Source of the DNA: Lingula anatina
Taxonomy: Eukaryota > Animalia > Brachiopoda
Direction: 5' to 3'
DNA length: 64,000 nt
Assembly: GCA_051362555.1 (NCBI GenBank)
Contig: CM120649.1
Location: 8,246,001 to 8,310,000 of the forward strand
The translations under genes and the position numbers were made by a program. Under the pieces are notes generated by a model. It was not told where the DNA came from, made no database searches, and was given only the letters and a program-made list of their open reading frames with translations. Of this stretch, positions 27,101 through 39,300 are shown piece after piece (position 1 is the first letter of the stretch; each line of letters starts with the position of its first letter).

Positions 27101-30100
27101 TTTCGAGTTACGCTGTATCAAAAAGTACATATTGGTGGTAAAAGCAAAATGTGCAGTACGGTAATGGATAATAAATTTTGAACTCTGGAAAAATAAAACA
27201 TAAGGCTTGGCAAAGCAGACAACTTGTGTTCAAAAATGACATTATTTCATCAAACTTGAACTTCTGAAACTTCAGAGCACCTCCTATTTCAAGAATTTTG
27301 ACCAAAATGACATTTTCTTTATTTTAATTAATTTTTTCTGTTCGAAATTTAAGGCACATTATGGTAACTCCAAAATTATAACATTTAGTCCCTTATATCT
27401 CCAAAACTGGCAGAGATAGGTCCATAGTTACTATTGAACTTGAATAGGAAGTCATATACTGGCAATATAAATGTGACCTTAAAATTGACCTTTGACCTAC
27501 TTTTCACCATGAACTGAACTTTGCAAATTTTGCTTTCCTTTTATCTCCAAAACTGGCAGAGATAGGTCCATAGTTACTATTGAACTTGAATAGGAAGTCA
27601 TATACTGGCAATATAAATGTGACCTTAAAATTGACCTTTGACCTACTTTTCACCATGAACTGAACTTTGCAAATTTTGCTTCCCTTTTGTCTCCAAAACT
27701 GGCAGAAATAGGTCCATAGTTACTATTGAACTTGAATAGGAAGTCATATACTGGCAATCTAAATGTGACCTTAAAATTGACCTTTGACCTACTTTTCACC
27801 ATGAACTGAACATTGCAAATTTTGCTTCCCTTTTATCTCCAAAACTGGCAGAGATAGGTCCGTAGTTTCTATTGGACTTGAATAGGAAGTCATATACTGG
27901 CAATCTTACTGTGACCTTGAAATTGACCTTTGACCTACTTTTCACCATGAACTGAACTTTGCAAATTTTGGTTTCCTTTTATCTCCAAAACTGGCTGAGA
28001 TAGGTCCGTAGTTACTATTGGACTTGAATAGGAAGTCATATACTGGCAATCTATATGTGACCTTCAAATTGACCTTTGACCTACTTATAATCATGAACTG
28101 AACTCTGCTAATTTCTTTCTCTTTTAACTCCAAACCTGGCAGAGATAGGTCCATAGTTACTATTGAAGTTGAATAGGAAGTCATATACTGGCAATTTACT
28201 GCGACCTTGAAATTGACCTTTGACCTACCTTACGATGAACTTAACTTTGATTGTACCATTTTAAGTTATATATATTTTTTTGCGTATTTTGAAAATTCTT
28301 GTTGATTGCATTTTTATAGCTTGTCAAGCATAAGACTGGTGGCTGTGTCCCTTATTTTGTGTATGTGGGGGTCTATACGAATGCGCTTGCTCCAGCTGGT
28401 GGTACAATATTCGGAGGCGGTATCGCCTCTCTGATCCTCTAGTTTTTATTATTTTTTTTTTCATATTTCACAGTCTGGTAAATTCATGACAATAGACCAG
28501 ATAGTTCAAGATGAAGATTACCCAGAATGCACCAGGCTCCACAGCTGTGATGGTCTTAACCAGCTGTATCATATGTGTGACATGCGAGGTACAGTTGTAG
28601 TTTTTTTATATACGTATATGTGTGTCAAGTGTCAAAATTGAAAATAATCTAGGCAGATTTTAAATCTCATCTCGGAGGGTTTACAATTCGCCTTGGCTAG
28701 ATGAAAACCTTGTTTAGGAGAGACTGCAATTTGAATCTCGCCTAGGTGGATTTAAAATCTGCCTGGAATTCAGTCTTGCTTATAATATATATATGAAATA
28801 AGCTAGCCAGATGTTCTTATTTTAGACAAAACACAAAATTACCAAAGAAGGGAATTAAAGGTTGATATTTTGATAACAATTCTTTATTCTCTTCTCTAAT
28901 TAGCATTAAATTTAGTCACTAAAAATAATATTTTTTATAATTGATGTTTGCTATCATTCATTGTATTTAATTTGATATTGCTGTTGTTTATTAACATTAG
29001 GGATTGCATACATCACCACAGCAGTGCATTGGGTTTTTGGTTTGGTTTATATGACAAATCCTTTTTTTAGGTGATGATGATTTTAAGGCCTATAAATATT
29101 CACAAGACAAAACATTGTCATGGTTACAGGCTAAGGTAAGGATTGATGGGACATTTGATGTTCAAAGATGAGACATAGATTTAAGATGGACTGAAAAATA
29201 CTCTTTACCAATACTGTATTATTATATATTAAAAACCTACTGTTGCAGTAACAGTTTAAATGTTTTCCTCATAGATTTGATCATGCAAATCTGACATGAA
29301 CTCCTCTTAATAATATTTTTTCTCACCAGGTGGAGCAGTTAGCAGATGAACTTGAAAAGCGTAAGGTCCATGTTGCTGGTGGTGCTGTAGTTGCGACTTA
29401 TGTAAAAAGCAAGAAAGATGACAACACAAAGAGAGGTATCCAAGTATTTACCAGTCTGTTGATTTATACAGCTGTTTTTTCAATCAATCAAGTACGGATA
29501 TTCAAATTTTAACCAAGATGTTTAATTTCGATTGTTAATTGAGTTTTACTTTAATCGAAACAGAATTGTTGCCTTTTGTTTTGAAAATTATATTTTGTTT
29601 TTAAACAAAGTGACTACTTTATTTATTGTACAGCATGGTTCTTTTTTTTCTTATCCGAATTGTAGAAGTTACAAGAGATAAGAAGATATAAATGACTATT
29701 TTTGCTCCAAGTTCGTAAATTTTTTTTTTCCGGTTAGGTGTCATTTATATGTGTCCCTAAAATTGTCTTTAATTTTTATATTGAAATTCCAGATGATTAC
29801 CTCAGGTTTGCTTGTGGCATTGTCTCAGATTATCTGCCTCTAGAGCTGGGTAAAGATCTGAAAACTCATCTGAAGTAAGTTCATGTTTTAATGTCTAAAA
29901 ACTTTTTAACTGTTTGTACTGGTATGCTTATACTATGTATTTGTACACAGAAAATTGGTGTCTAGTACAAAATGTTCTTATAATAATCTACTTATTTTCA
30001 TTAGAGGTTTTGCATAAGTCCATGAAAATATTTGTAAGTTGTTAGGCTTACATTTGTCATTGTAATGTAATATTTGATGAACTTTGGTGTGATAAAAGCT

Positions 30101-31553
30101 CACAGATATAATCAGGTATTTTATTTTTACAAGAAGTTTCAAAGTAAAGCTGTCTTATTATTGACCTAACCTTTTGCCAGCAGTTTTAAAGGCAGATTTT
30201 TTATCTGAAAAAGTGGGCCTCTTTTTACACCCAATTTGACCGAATTTCAAAAGTGGCATTAAACCTAGATCAAATTTTGATTTTGAATCGCAGTTTCTCT
30301 CCAAAAAAGCAGTTTTTTAAACCCACCCATCAACCCTCGAACCCACTCAGCCTACTGGCCTGTAAACAATTTAAGTTTAAAGGTATATGTATAGTACCCC
30401 GGTACATGTGTAATGAGTTGCTTTAAGTGTATTCACTGCACCCTTTCTGCCTAGGGCCCAATAAAGAATAATTAGAGTTTCAAGGTGATCAGTTATTTTA
30501 AGTCTGTTGTACTTATTAAATGAGTTTGTACATTTCCATGTACATATCAATGTACATTTCTGTGTACATTTCAGTATACATTTCTGTGTACGTTTCTGTG
30601 TACATTTCTGCGTACATTTCTGTGTATGTTTCAGTATACCAGAACCCAGCCCTGTCAAGTCCAGTCCAAGCAGTGAACCCCCAGCAAAGGTCAGGCATTT
30701 CAAACAAACTCACACATACATACAGTGGTACATGCACACATACTTGCACACTCACACACACAAACGTATACAGACATGCATACACACACACATACATCCA
30801 CACTACCAGGCTCACACATGCACATGAATTGCTCTTGTGGCCAACTCGGACTTCTCCAATTTAGTTGATTGAAATGAGCATTGCATTAAGAGAAGAAAAA
30901 TTTACTTTCATATAATTGCTGTGTAGCTCTTTTGGCTAAATGCAATTTGGAAGAATAAATGAAAAAGTTTATATAAGATGAAGAAAACGTAAAGCATTGA
31001 GAAAGAATTGTTATGTTATCATTTATTAATTCATTTTTCAACACTTAGAAAGTGAGGCTGAATGGAGATGTTACCCCTAGTGAAGACTACAGCAAAGCAG
31101 TAGATGGGGAATCTAAACAAAAGGTTGGTTCTTTTGTGAATTTTGTGTCTTTTCATTTCTTTATTTTCATTTTATGATAACTTTATTTATATGTTATATA
31201 TTATTACTATTATAATTATCTTTTTGCTTTCAAGAAAGAGAAATTTGCTTTAAGTGGGCAGGTTAAGTGTGTTTGTGTGTGTGTGTGCGCGTGCGCACAG
31301 GCATGCAATTTAAGAGTGTAGAGTGCATGGTTTGGTTGTTTCTCACCAAGATTAATCCAGCCAAAATGTGTTTAGAAAGACTTCTAGAATAGCACTAAAT
31401 GGTTATTTATCTCATTTATACAGATTGTAATTTTCTGTTAATTGTTTTTTGTAGGAGGTCAAATTGACAGCCAAACAGAAGCAATTAAGCAAAGTAGACA
31501 AGACCGGGATGAAGAGCATATCAAGCTTTTTCTCACCAAAGACTAAGAAGTAA
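18195..31553 (+). CDS. RNASEH2B: Ribonuclease H2 subunit B, 307 aa
   Basis: Eleven phase-consistent exons: 18195-18267, 20419-20490, 20806-20913, 21370-21443, 28474-28588, 29071-29135, 29330-29435, 29793-29874, 30635-30689, 31049-31123, 31455-31553. Motifs: KLRHPKT, SWII, TPVDPLFL, KTLSWLQAKV, IVSDYLP, EDYSK, and C-terminal PIP box DKTGMKSISSFF. Confidence 0.95.
18711..20358. mobile_element. Non-autonomous hAT-like element with 6-bp TSD in RNASEH2B intron 1
   Basis: 15-bp TIR CAGTGATTGCGAAAG / CTTTCGCAATCACTG, flanked by ATACTA on both sides. Confidence 0.8.
19413..19565. mobile_element. CAGGCCCGTAGCCAG-type MITE nested in the 18.7-kb element
   Basis: TIRs ctggcccgtagccag / ctggctacgggcctg. 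Related copies at ~30175-30362, ~39208-39361 and 44115-44290. Confidence 0.75.
21622..25183. mobile_element. 3.56-kb non-autonomous TIR DNA transposon with 3-bp TSD (TAG) in RNASEH2B intron 4
   Basis: 36-bp TIRs AGCTTGGACCTAA(C/A)TAGAGAAGGACAAGTAACGCGG at 21622-21657 and 25148-25183 (1 mismatch), with TAG on both sides. Confidence 0.9.
22270..23045. repeat. Tandem array, about 4 x 189 bp, inside the TIR element
   Basis: Unit starts ctct(t/c)aatatgg at 22292, 22481, 22670 and 22859. Confidence 0.95.
25357..28444 (+). mobile_element. Non-autonomous Helentron/HINE-like element with an internal satellite
   Basis: 5' subTIR TATTGTACCACCAGC with adjacent inverted partner GCTGGCGGTAC. Perfect 3' subTIR GCTGGTGGTACAATA (28395-28409), then hairpin GAGGCG-gtat-CGCCTC and CTAG-TTTT end. 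TGACCTT-rich internal repeats. Confidence 0.85.
26336..28250. repeat. 146-bp satellite in two blocks (about 5 and 6 units) within a 1060-bp higher-order duplication
   Basis: ccaaaactg at 26341, 26487, 26633, 26779, 26925 and at 27401, 27547, 27693, 27839, 27985. Spacer ~25990-26340 is repeated at ~27049-27400. Confidence 0.95.
28649..28767. mobile_element. Short foldback MITE-like palindrome
   Basis: ctaggcagattttaaatc ... gatttaaaatctgcctgg inverted arms. Confidence 0.55.
30526..30640 (+). repeat. 12-bp minisatellite (GTACATTTCTGT-like) forming the RNASEH2B exon 9 acceptor region
   Basis: About 9 degenerate units; two contain TTTCAG|TATAC (AG ending at 30574 and 30634). Confidence 0.9.
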
Positions 31554-32003
31554 AAGCACAACTTTCTAAAATATGTGAGATAAAAAGCAAACTTAAAGAT
31601 GTTGCTGCCCACAGTTTCTGGTAGCTTCAGAAAATGAAAGCACATCTTACCAAAAAGAAAAAAGAAAACAAAGTACAACTTAAAGACGTTGTGGCAAGTT
31701 GTTGCGGCGCCCATATTCCTTTGACGGTGCGGCGGGTAAACGTAGCAGCTATGAGGACGAACTGAGGAAGATGATCAGCATTTTGGAACAAGTCGGAAAG
31801 GCTGAGGACAATTAACAAAATTCTTCAGTTTGCGTTATCTGTCACTGTCTCCTACTAGCGGTAAAATAAATAGATGAAAGAAAAAGATATATGGAATTGA
31901 CAGGTGATCTTTCACCAAAATAAGAATAATAAAATTTTCTTAAAAGATGAAAATACAACTGTTACATTTGTTATACATTGACAACATTATGTCTTGACAC
32001 TTA

Positions 32004-32229
32004 CACCCCATTTCCATAGATTTTTAGATCGATCTATCCCTGTGGGGAGTCTCACTAGATTACTGTCAGCTTGGCCGCTTTAAGCGTCTGTCCCACCTAC
32101 TAAAAGCTGTAAGGGAGTAATTAACTATGGTGCCCGCTCGGCTGACTGCAATTTAGCGTGAACCCCCAGGGAGTTAGGTCGATCTAAATCTTAATCTTTA
32201 GATCGATCTAAATCTCTGGGAAAGCACCC
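32004..32229 (-). mobile_element. Harbinger-type MITE, family A copy 2 (inverted)
   Basis: Reverse complement of 10422-10635, with TTA TSD. Confidence 0.85.
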
Positions 32230-32846
32230 TTAATGGTCGCGGTGCCTAGGAACGTTGAAGAAATGGCAGTTGCTTTATTTTCATTAACATTCTATTGCCT
32301 CTGTGCAGGAGAAAGAGGAGATGGGGTTTTGGGATTGACATTGTTTGATTTAATTGGGGAAAATATTTTGGCTAAAAGTTTATTGAAGAAGTTGCTGCGC
32401 GACGGGGAAGATACCGCTGTGTGAATTACGTGTACAGTGGAATATTTATATATTTTTAAATATTGGAATATTTTCAATGGTTTATTTTGAAACTGCCCCT
32501 GGAGGCATTTTATTTACATAATAGAAAAAAGGAATAAATAAATAATGACGCCCGTTTGATAAAGAACCCTAGTTGTTTCATACATTTTTATGTTCGCTCC
32601 ACCGCTACTGGAGAAAGAAACGAAAAAGATTTAAATTAATCAGTTAAGAGAAAAATCCATGTACAACCTTCAAAAGCATGTATTGTCACAGCGTTATTGT
32701 TTTTCATGTTTGTCCCCAGGTTGCGCAGTGGAGTAATCCGAATTTCTGCATAATAATAATAATAATAACGGGCATCTGATGCAAGAAGAGCATGGGTATG
32801 GTTGTCATGCTATGGGGCTCAACTGAAATGCTACACTGGCTCGCCG

Positions 32847-34376
32847 TTACACCGTCTTTGCTCTATTGATGTCATCCTCAGAGTAGACGTGCTTTGTTCC
32901 GATGAGACTAGACTTTCCTCCGACTGGCAACGATGGAAGAAAGCCCCCATGAGAACTTGGGCTTCCACCAGTCACTGTAAGACTTGTCCTGGGAGTCGAG
33001 AGCGGGGATAAGTGGGTTTTGCTCATTCGCTTCTCCCCTCTCAGAGGTAATGTCGGATCCTCGGTGTAGGAAGAGTGAGAACCGTTTGCTAACTGCACTG
33101 AAATTTGAGGTCTATGGGTCATGTGTGACCTATTAACTTGTTTGGATTGCTCAGTTCGATAACTCGGTGGAACTGGCCGTTGTAAATATGGTGCCTGTGA
33201 CGTTATGAGTGGATTGAGTGACGTCACCGTTGAAGAGGGTGACGTCATCAAAGGATTGAGGGACGACGGAGAATGTTTCTGCAGAGAAGTCGGTTGAGCA
33301 TTGTGGTTGTAATTTGGAAAGACCCGGAGCGGAGATAATTGAGATTGTTTTGGGGGAGACCCCGTGGGTTGGATGTCCAGAGGCGGAAGTGAGCGTCTCC
33401 GGGGACTCTTGTCTTCCGGTGGCATTAAATATCTCGGAGACTCGACAAAGCCTTGATTACTATATTCCAATTCGTCATTATGTATAAGATTTGCTTTGTC
33501 GTTATACTTAAATGTGTCCATTTCGTATTGTTCGTCCTGCCGTGGTTCACCACGGTTTGGTCTTTTCTTGTTTTTTCTCCCGCCAATTTTTCCACGCTTT
33601 GGGTTCGTGTGAGTTTCTTGATTGTCTGCGCGGTTAAATACGTCGTCGTTAAGTTGAGTCAAGTGGTCTATTAATTCATCGCTGTTAATACTAGATCTGG
33701 ACCCTTTACTATGTAAACTTATTTTGTCTAGTCGAAGACTCGACGTCGACGCTCGAGAATCTCTTTTTTGTCCGACTTTCTTTGGGGCCGGTTTTGGTTG
33801 AAGGAGCCGCGTTAAGCCGTCTGTGTCCTGTACTGTAGAGGTATCCGCTTTCCCGTCAGTGACAAGTACACGGCAACACTCTTCATGTCCCAGACTGTAG
33901 GCAACAGCAAGAGGGGTCCTACCCTCAAAATCTGTAATATTGACGTTGATAGCGCGCTTGGAATGAGCCGAGTTCACCAACACACGTATTACAGGACACA
34001 AGCCATTCTCAGCAGCAAAATGGAGGGCAGATTTCCCGTCATTATCCTGGATGTTAGTATCACACGCCCCAGTTCGAATGAGGAGGCGGGTGATGTTTTC
34101 CCGCCCTTCCTCCATGGCGGAGTACATCAGCGCCGTCTTCCCGCTGCGGTCTCGCACATTTACGTCAGCGCCTGAATTAATGAGCATGCGCGCGATGTGA
34201 GACCTGACGTCGCCTTTCTCCAGGAAGATTGCACGTATTAAAGGCGTACATCCGTCGACGTCTTTAAAGTTAACATCGATGTCAGACTCTAACAGGGAGG
34301 TGAGCGCCCGCAGCTTGCCGTGTATGACGGCGCGGAGTAGCGCTTTACCTGGGTCCGGGGAAGCGACGTCACTCAT
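32847..34376 (-). CDS. ANKRD34-like ankyrin-repeat protein, about 509 aa, single coding exon
   Basis: Long ORF with first ATG at 34376 (ggccATG). ALLRAVIHGKLR, GCTPLIRA, GKTALMYSA, GKSALHFAA and GRTPLAVA ankyrin repeats, followed by an S/P-rich disordered tail. Upstream acceptor cttttcag|G at 34722. Confidence 0.85.
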   Translation of the reverse strand: MSDVASPDPGKALLRAVIHGKLRALTSLLESDIDVNFKDVDGCTPLIRAIFLEKGDVRSHIARMLINSGADVNVRDRSGKTALMYSAMEEGRENITRLLIRTGACDTNIQDNDGKSALHFAAENGLCPVIRVLVNSAHSKRAINVNITDFEGRTPLAVAYSLGHEECCRVLVTDGKADTSTVQDTDGLTRLLQPKPAPKKVGQKRDSRASTSSLRLDKISLHSKGSRSSINSDELIDHLTQLNDDVFNRADNQETHTNPKRGKIGGRKNKKRPNRGEPRQDEQYEMDTFKYNDKANLIHNDELEYSNQGFVESPRYLMPPEDKSPRRRSLPPLDIQPTGSPPKQSQLSPLRVFPNYNHNAQPTSLQKHSPSSLNPLMTSPSSTVTSLNPLITSQAPYLQRPVPPSYRTEQSKQVNRSHMTHRPQISVQLANGSHSSYTEDPTLPLRGEKRMSKTHLSPLSTPRTSLTVTGGSPSSHGGFLPSLPVGGKSSLIGTKHVYSEDDINRAKTV

Positions 34377-36086
34377 GGCCGAACAGTACAAACTTTGGTG
34401 GCTGCGGTGGGATGTTCCTGCGTGGTGGCAGCGGCAGAAGGCATTTGTTTGGAAAATAAATGCTCTGCTCACGTTCCAGCAAAACAAGTCTCCATATCTG
34501 ATGACTTATATTAAAAATGTTTCATAATACCATCGAGGTGTAGTTATTCACAGCGATAGTGCACGATAACATTCCCGTGTCTCTGGCAGAAAGCCACATC
34601 CGACAATGTTCATGTTGCAAGAGGTCAGCGCTCCTTAGATTAACACGTACGTTCTGCTTTGATTGTGAACCCGTACCGGTACGTCTTCTGATCTCCCCTT
34701 GCTGTGCAGTTTGCCTCAAAACCTGAAAAGGAAAGAAATATCCGTTTATTCACCTTTGTGACTTTACATGTTCAAAAATACAGTATTCATTCAGCATAGG
34801 TAGTAATAGGGGTGGGTTACCTACCGCCAAAACCCCTACTATTTTCGGCCATATGTCAGTCATAATTAAGTGTTCAAAGCATATAGTGGCTAAAGGAATA
34901 ACTCCTTTCTCTTTCTCTCTCTCTCCGCCTTATTTCAGCCCACTTACGCCACGCATGCCGAATCTGTATGAACCTAATGGAGGGCCGATTTCCACCGTTT
35001 CCACTGAACACTTAGCCATACCTGGGTCTCAACCGAACTTGGCTAAAGCCGTCTCAGGTCAGATTATCTTGTAGTGGTTGGAGTACCTACACGTACCCCT
35101 GTACCACTATGTAATATCACTGCCACGTTCAAACCAGCGAAATATTAAGATTAAAGTCGTGAAAACGGAATGGAATCAACTGGAGTGCTCCCTTACCTTA
35201 CGCTATAAAGACAACTGTCCTTAATAAGTCAAACACTGGGACTAAGGACGCTTAAGTTGCACAGTGATAGCTTTACCAACGCATAAATCAACTTAACTTC
35301 GAATCTCTCACTTGAAAATCAGCACACACAGTTTAGGAATGTCAACAAAGGACACCAAAGAGCGGCTTTGTGTTGGGTATAAACAGAAACGCTGTTGTTA
35401 TTTTCAGTCTCTTTATATTGTGTTGAACCTCAGGGCGCAGTTTTACCACGTTTACCCAGTAACCCCTCCACAATACGGCCTTTTGTGCGGACCGTGTGTA
35501 CAGAGAACGTTATGGCATCACTGACTACGCCTTGTGATTAGGCAAGGTGCGTAAAAGTCTCTTAATTCGGTAAGGCACCTTTATGGATATCGTGTGCGCT
35601 GAGGATACACTGTACATAAATAAAGGATTATGTCATAAGTACCCGCACGGTTCATATTCACAAACACATTTTAGGGTTTTGTACCGGTTATCCCAGTCTA
35701 AAGTGCTCCTAATGTAACAGCTAGTGAATGTAACTCAATAAGAAAGCGCTAGCAAGTTTGGAAACAATGCCACCGTCATAGCTCTTCCCTAAACACATGA
35801 AAATAATAAAATAATTAAATACTGTAAATAAATAAATAATGTTGGTAAGGCACAAAACTCCAGTGATTATCCTAATTATTAAATTAGTAAAATCACCAGT
35901 AATTTATAAAGTGTCACTATCTATTCAAAATTTCACTTAGTATAACAGTATATAACAGCGCCTTTCGTTACAAAAACAAATGGTCATATGTTAAGGTTCT
36001 AAAGCTATCAAAGGTGTTAGCTTACTGGAACACAAGTGTAGATGTCTTAACCCTTACCGTCAAAAACACATGCAAAAATAGTAATA

Positions 36087-36303
36087 ACTAGAAAAGCACT
36101 CCGAGAGCGCAGACCTCCGCCAAGGCAGCATTTTTTTATTATTGATTATTGATTGATTATTGATCCAGGTCATCACCAAAAACTAATAATCTGTTTCTCG
36201 GTCCCCTTCTGACAGTTCCTGAAAACTTCATCAAAATCGGTCCATAACTTTTTGAGTTATGTTGATGGCAAACAAACAAACAGACAAACAGGGGGAGGTA
36301 ATA
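36087..36303 (-). mobile_element. Short Helentron/HINE-like repeat with ACAA/ACAG microsatellite core
   Basis: aactagaaaagcactccgagagcgcagacctccgccaagg ... caaacaaacagacaaac ... ggaggtaataa, an architecture typical of invertebrate non-autonomous Helentrons. Confidence 0.65.
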
Positions 36304-39300
36304 ATATTAATAGTTCTATCATTCAAGTAAATAAGTTTAATTCTTCAAATATATTATCACAGACACGTAAAATGACAAAAATAATAAGAGAAATGTAAAA
36401 AAAGTATAGATGAAGTTATCTAAAAGTTCAACTGAGAGTTATAGATAGAGTAACCAGGTTTTCATTGGTTCAGTAAATTCTAGTGTTGGTGACGATTAAA
36501 TTTAATCGCCGTGCACTGACCGTCACCTTTTTATTTTATATAACCAACGCAGGGGAGGTAATTAAGGCGGCAGTCGGCAGAACCTGGACAGCAAACACAC
36601 AACACCCACTATGAATACATGCGATGAAATATTACCTCCTCACCGGAGTCAAGAATACAATACAAATGAGCTTAAGTTCACAATGATAACATTCAATATC
36701 ATAATAACATCACAAACCTCTTCCACCAAAATGTCACCCGACTCCAATGGTATGAAATAACATTTCGTTAAGCCGAAGTTTATTTTTCCGGTTTTGATTT
36801 GTGTTCGGTAAGTCGGGACGTTGAATGTGTTATTCGAAGGAAAAAAAAGCATGATCATTTTATGTTGATTTGAACTCTTTACCCAACGTTTACTCTGACA
36901 CTGGCGTTAAATTTTGGCTTCATCCTCCATCTCTAACTGAAGTTTCGCTAAAAATGGGAGCACTCAGAACTTGTTCCTGTGTGCAACCACGCAAATTATT
37001 ACATTCCAATAAAACGCACATAATCAGTGCTGGCAGGCTCTGTCAATTAAATAACTCAATCCATTTATTCATTTTTTATCGTTTTATTGACGTTCACAGG
37101 GTTCACGTCTGTCTGTCCGCGTCTTGGTCGATATCATTAGTAAGTACACATAATAATGGCACGGTAGATTAATACGATATCACATTGTTCTATCCTAGCG
37201 TAATATACGTAAACTAGACAAGAGAGCAAACGCATGGTCCAGAAATATAGACAGAGAACTCATTGTAAGCATAAACGCACTTTTTTTGCAAAAATGGGAA
37301 ATATCAAGAAATACCCTTTTATCGCTAAGCTATTCCCTGTTCAAGTCTGCTGAGAAAATAACAATTTATAAACTCGTTTTGGACTTCTAAATTTCTATAT
37401 TTTACTGTACTTGTAAAATTCACCGGTCTCCATCCCCGTGACGAAAGTGGCTCAATATTTAGAAACTCAAATGGTCTGTAGATAGTACTTTTGTCAACAG
37501 TTTTAGACTTGGTATACTTTAAAAAGTGTTGATAGTCCATTAAAATGCCATTTTTTTGGCTAAATCGGGGCCTGTCGATGTGTCTACTGATTTAACTGGC
37601 GATAGCGTTGTTTGGAAAGTGGCATTATATGAACTTATTTTACTGTAGATGTATACCTTAAGCTAGTAAGTTACGGTAACGAGAGCGGAATATCCAGACC
37701 CTAGCAATCGATCATTCTTCAATACTTGTATTGAACTAGCATTGATTTCTTTGACCTGGTTTGTCTTACCCATTGATATGTTGGCAGTTTGATTAGGGCC
37801 TCATTGATGCTTTATTTGGCGTTGCTAACCTTCAAATAAAATGATTTGACTTCATTGATATTATTATAATATAATATATTCTCAATATTTGGCTATAAAG
37901 GTATTAATAGCTTAAAGGCGTGATAGAAAGAATATATATATACCAGTATTAAATGTACTTAAATGCACATTTTTTAGCGCAAACGGACACACACAAGTAT
38001 ACACGGAAAAGCACGCGCGCACGCGTGTGCGTGCGCACACACACACACACACACACACGTTGACGACAAAGGCTTTAACGATCTGACATGTCACCTAAGG
38101 TCTGCAAATGTATATCTGTATTTTTCCAGGACTTTCAAAGGACTTTCTCAGACTGAATGACAACAGACAATAATGATACACTTATATTTTAGGTAAAGCA
38201 CATCTAATGATGATTTAACAAATGGACAATTAACAAAATGATTACATGTTTTTGATAAATTGTCGGTCCGATACATATATTTCTGCCATCCATTACATTT
38301 CTGGTGAATTTCGGAAGAACGCAACTTAATAATATCTCCCTATTCGTCTGGTTTGAAAATTAAATGACAAAGAAGAAGAAATTGGAAGGAAAGGGGGGGA
38401 GAAACATATCATTTGTATATGGGCAATAACGCCCTGTTCTAACTGTATAAAACTGGTAAATTATTTACACAAACTGTGTCCATCTTTTCAAAGTGTTTTG
38501 CAGAAACCATTTCGCAACTTATCAATCAAGTCTGACTGTCCTAACGCAAATACTACAATGTATTTCTTTTTATTTCAAACATAGATTTATGCCTCTGTGG
38601 TCTATTTTCACAAACTCTCGTAGTGGTGTTCTTTTGTACAAGAAAAATCAAACTTGTGAGGCATCAAAGGGTCGCAGATGCTAAAAGCAAATAGTGTTAA
38701 ATGCTGGGTGATTTCGCACACCTGGTGTTTTATGGGAAACGGAAGAGTTCATTCATAAGATCAAATCATGCGGATGACTTATCAATATTGAACCAACGTT
38801 AGGCAGCGGCCAGTTTGCATTGACTGCAGATTTTTCGAGCTTCTTCTGCCTCCTCCTCATCTCTCTCTCTCTCTCTCATGCCCTAAAAGAATATAGAATA
38901 ATAGTGGAAATCATCTCTATCAAATATTGAAACTGTCCAAACCAGCACCTCAAGGTAACTCAAACTGACAACCAAGCTCGTATTATTTCAGTTGTTGGCC
39001 CGGGAAATTGATGTTATTTAACTTAAAAGAGAAGTACACATTTGCTTGTTTTCTTTCTAGATTCTGGTGACGACAACATCGCTCAAAAATATTTGCTCGA
39101 CTTCAGGTGGTCTTATGTGATGACTTCACCATGGCGAGTCATCACGGTATGTCAATATTACAAAAAAATAATAGTTATAATAGTTATAATAATGAAAACG
39201 GAGGTTGCTCAGGCCAGGTTGAGGGGGAGCTTTTTCTGAATAAAAAGTGGGCCTTTTACCATGAAATCTTTGTGTACCTAGATCAATCAGCGGACCTTTT

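Noticed and set aside
26336-28250. Regular repeats as a CRISPR array
   Set aside because: These are head-to-tail monomers with no unique spacers, there are no cas genes, and the context is a eukaryotic intron.
30377-30864. Four overlapping ~100-aa ORFs
   Set aside because: Produced by the 12-bp and CA-rich repeats; only 30635-30689 fits the gene.
4554-31553. Functional cluster of RNase subunits (RPP38 and RNASEH2B)
   Set aside because: They belong to different complexes and are separated by an unrelated gene and transposons; no shared signal or RNase P/MRP RNA was recognised.
32233-32477. Short ORFs on both strands with plausible acceptors
   Set aside because: No recognisable homology or matching donor; likely ankyrin 3' UTR or intergenic sequence.
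34377-34487. N-terminal extension of the ankyrin ORF (MFCWNV...)
   Set aside because: It starts at a non-ATG codon; family similarity begins after ATG 34376.
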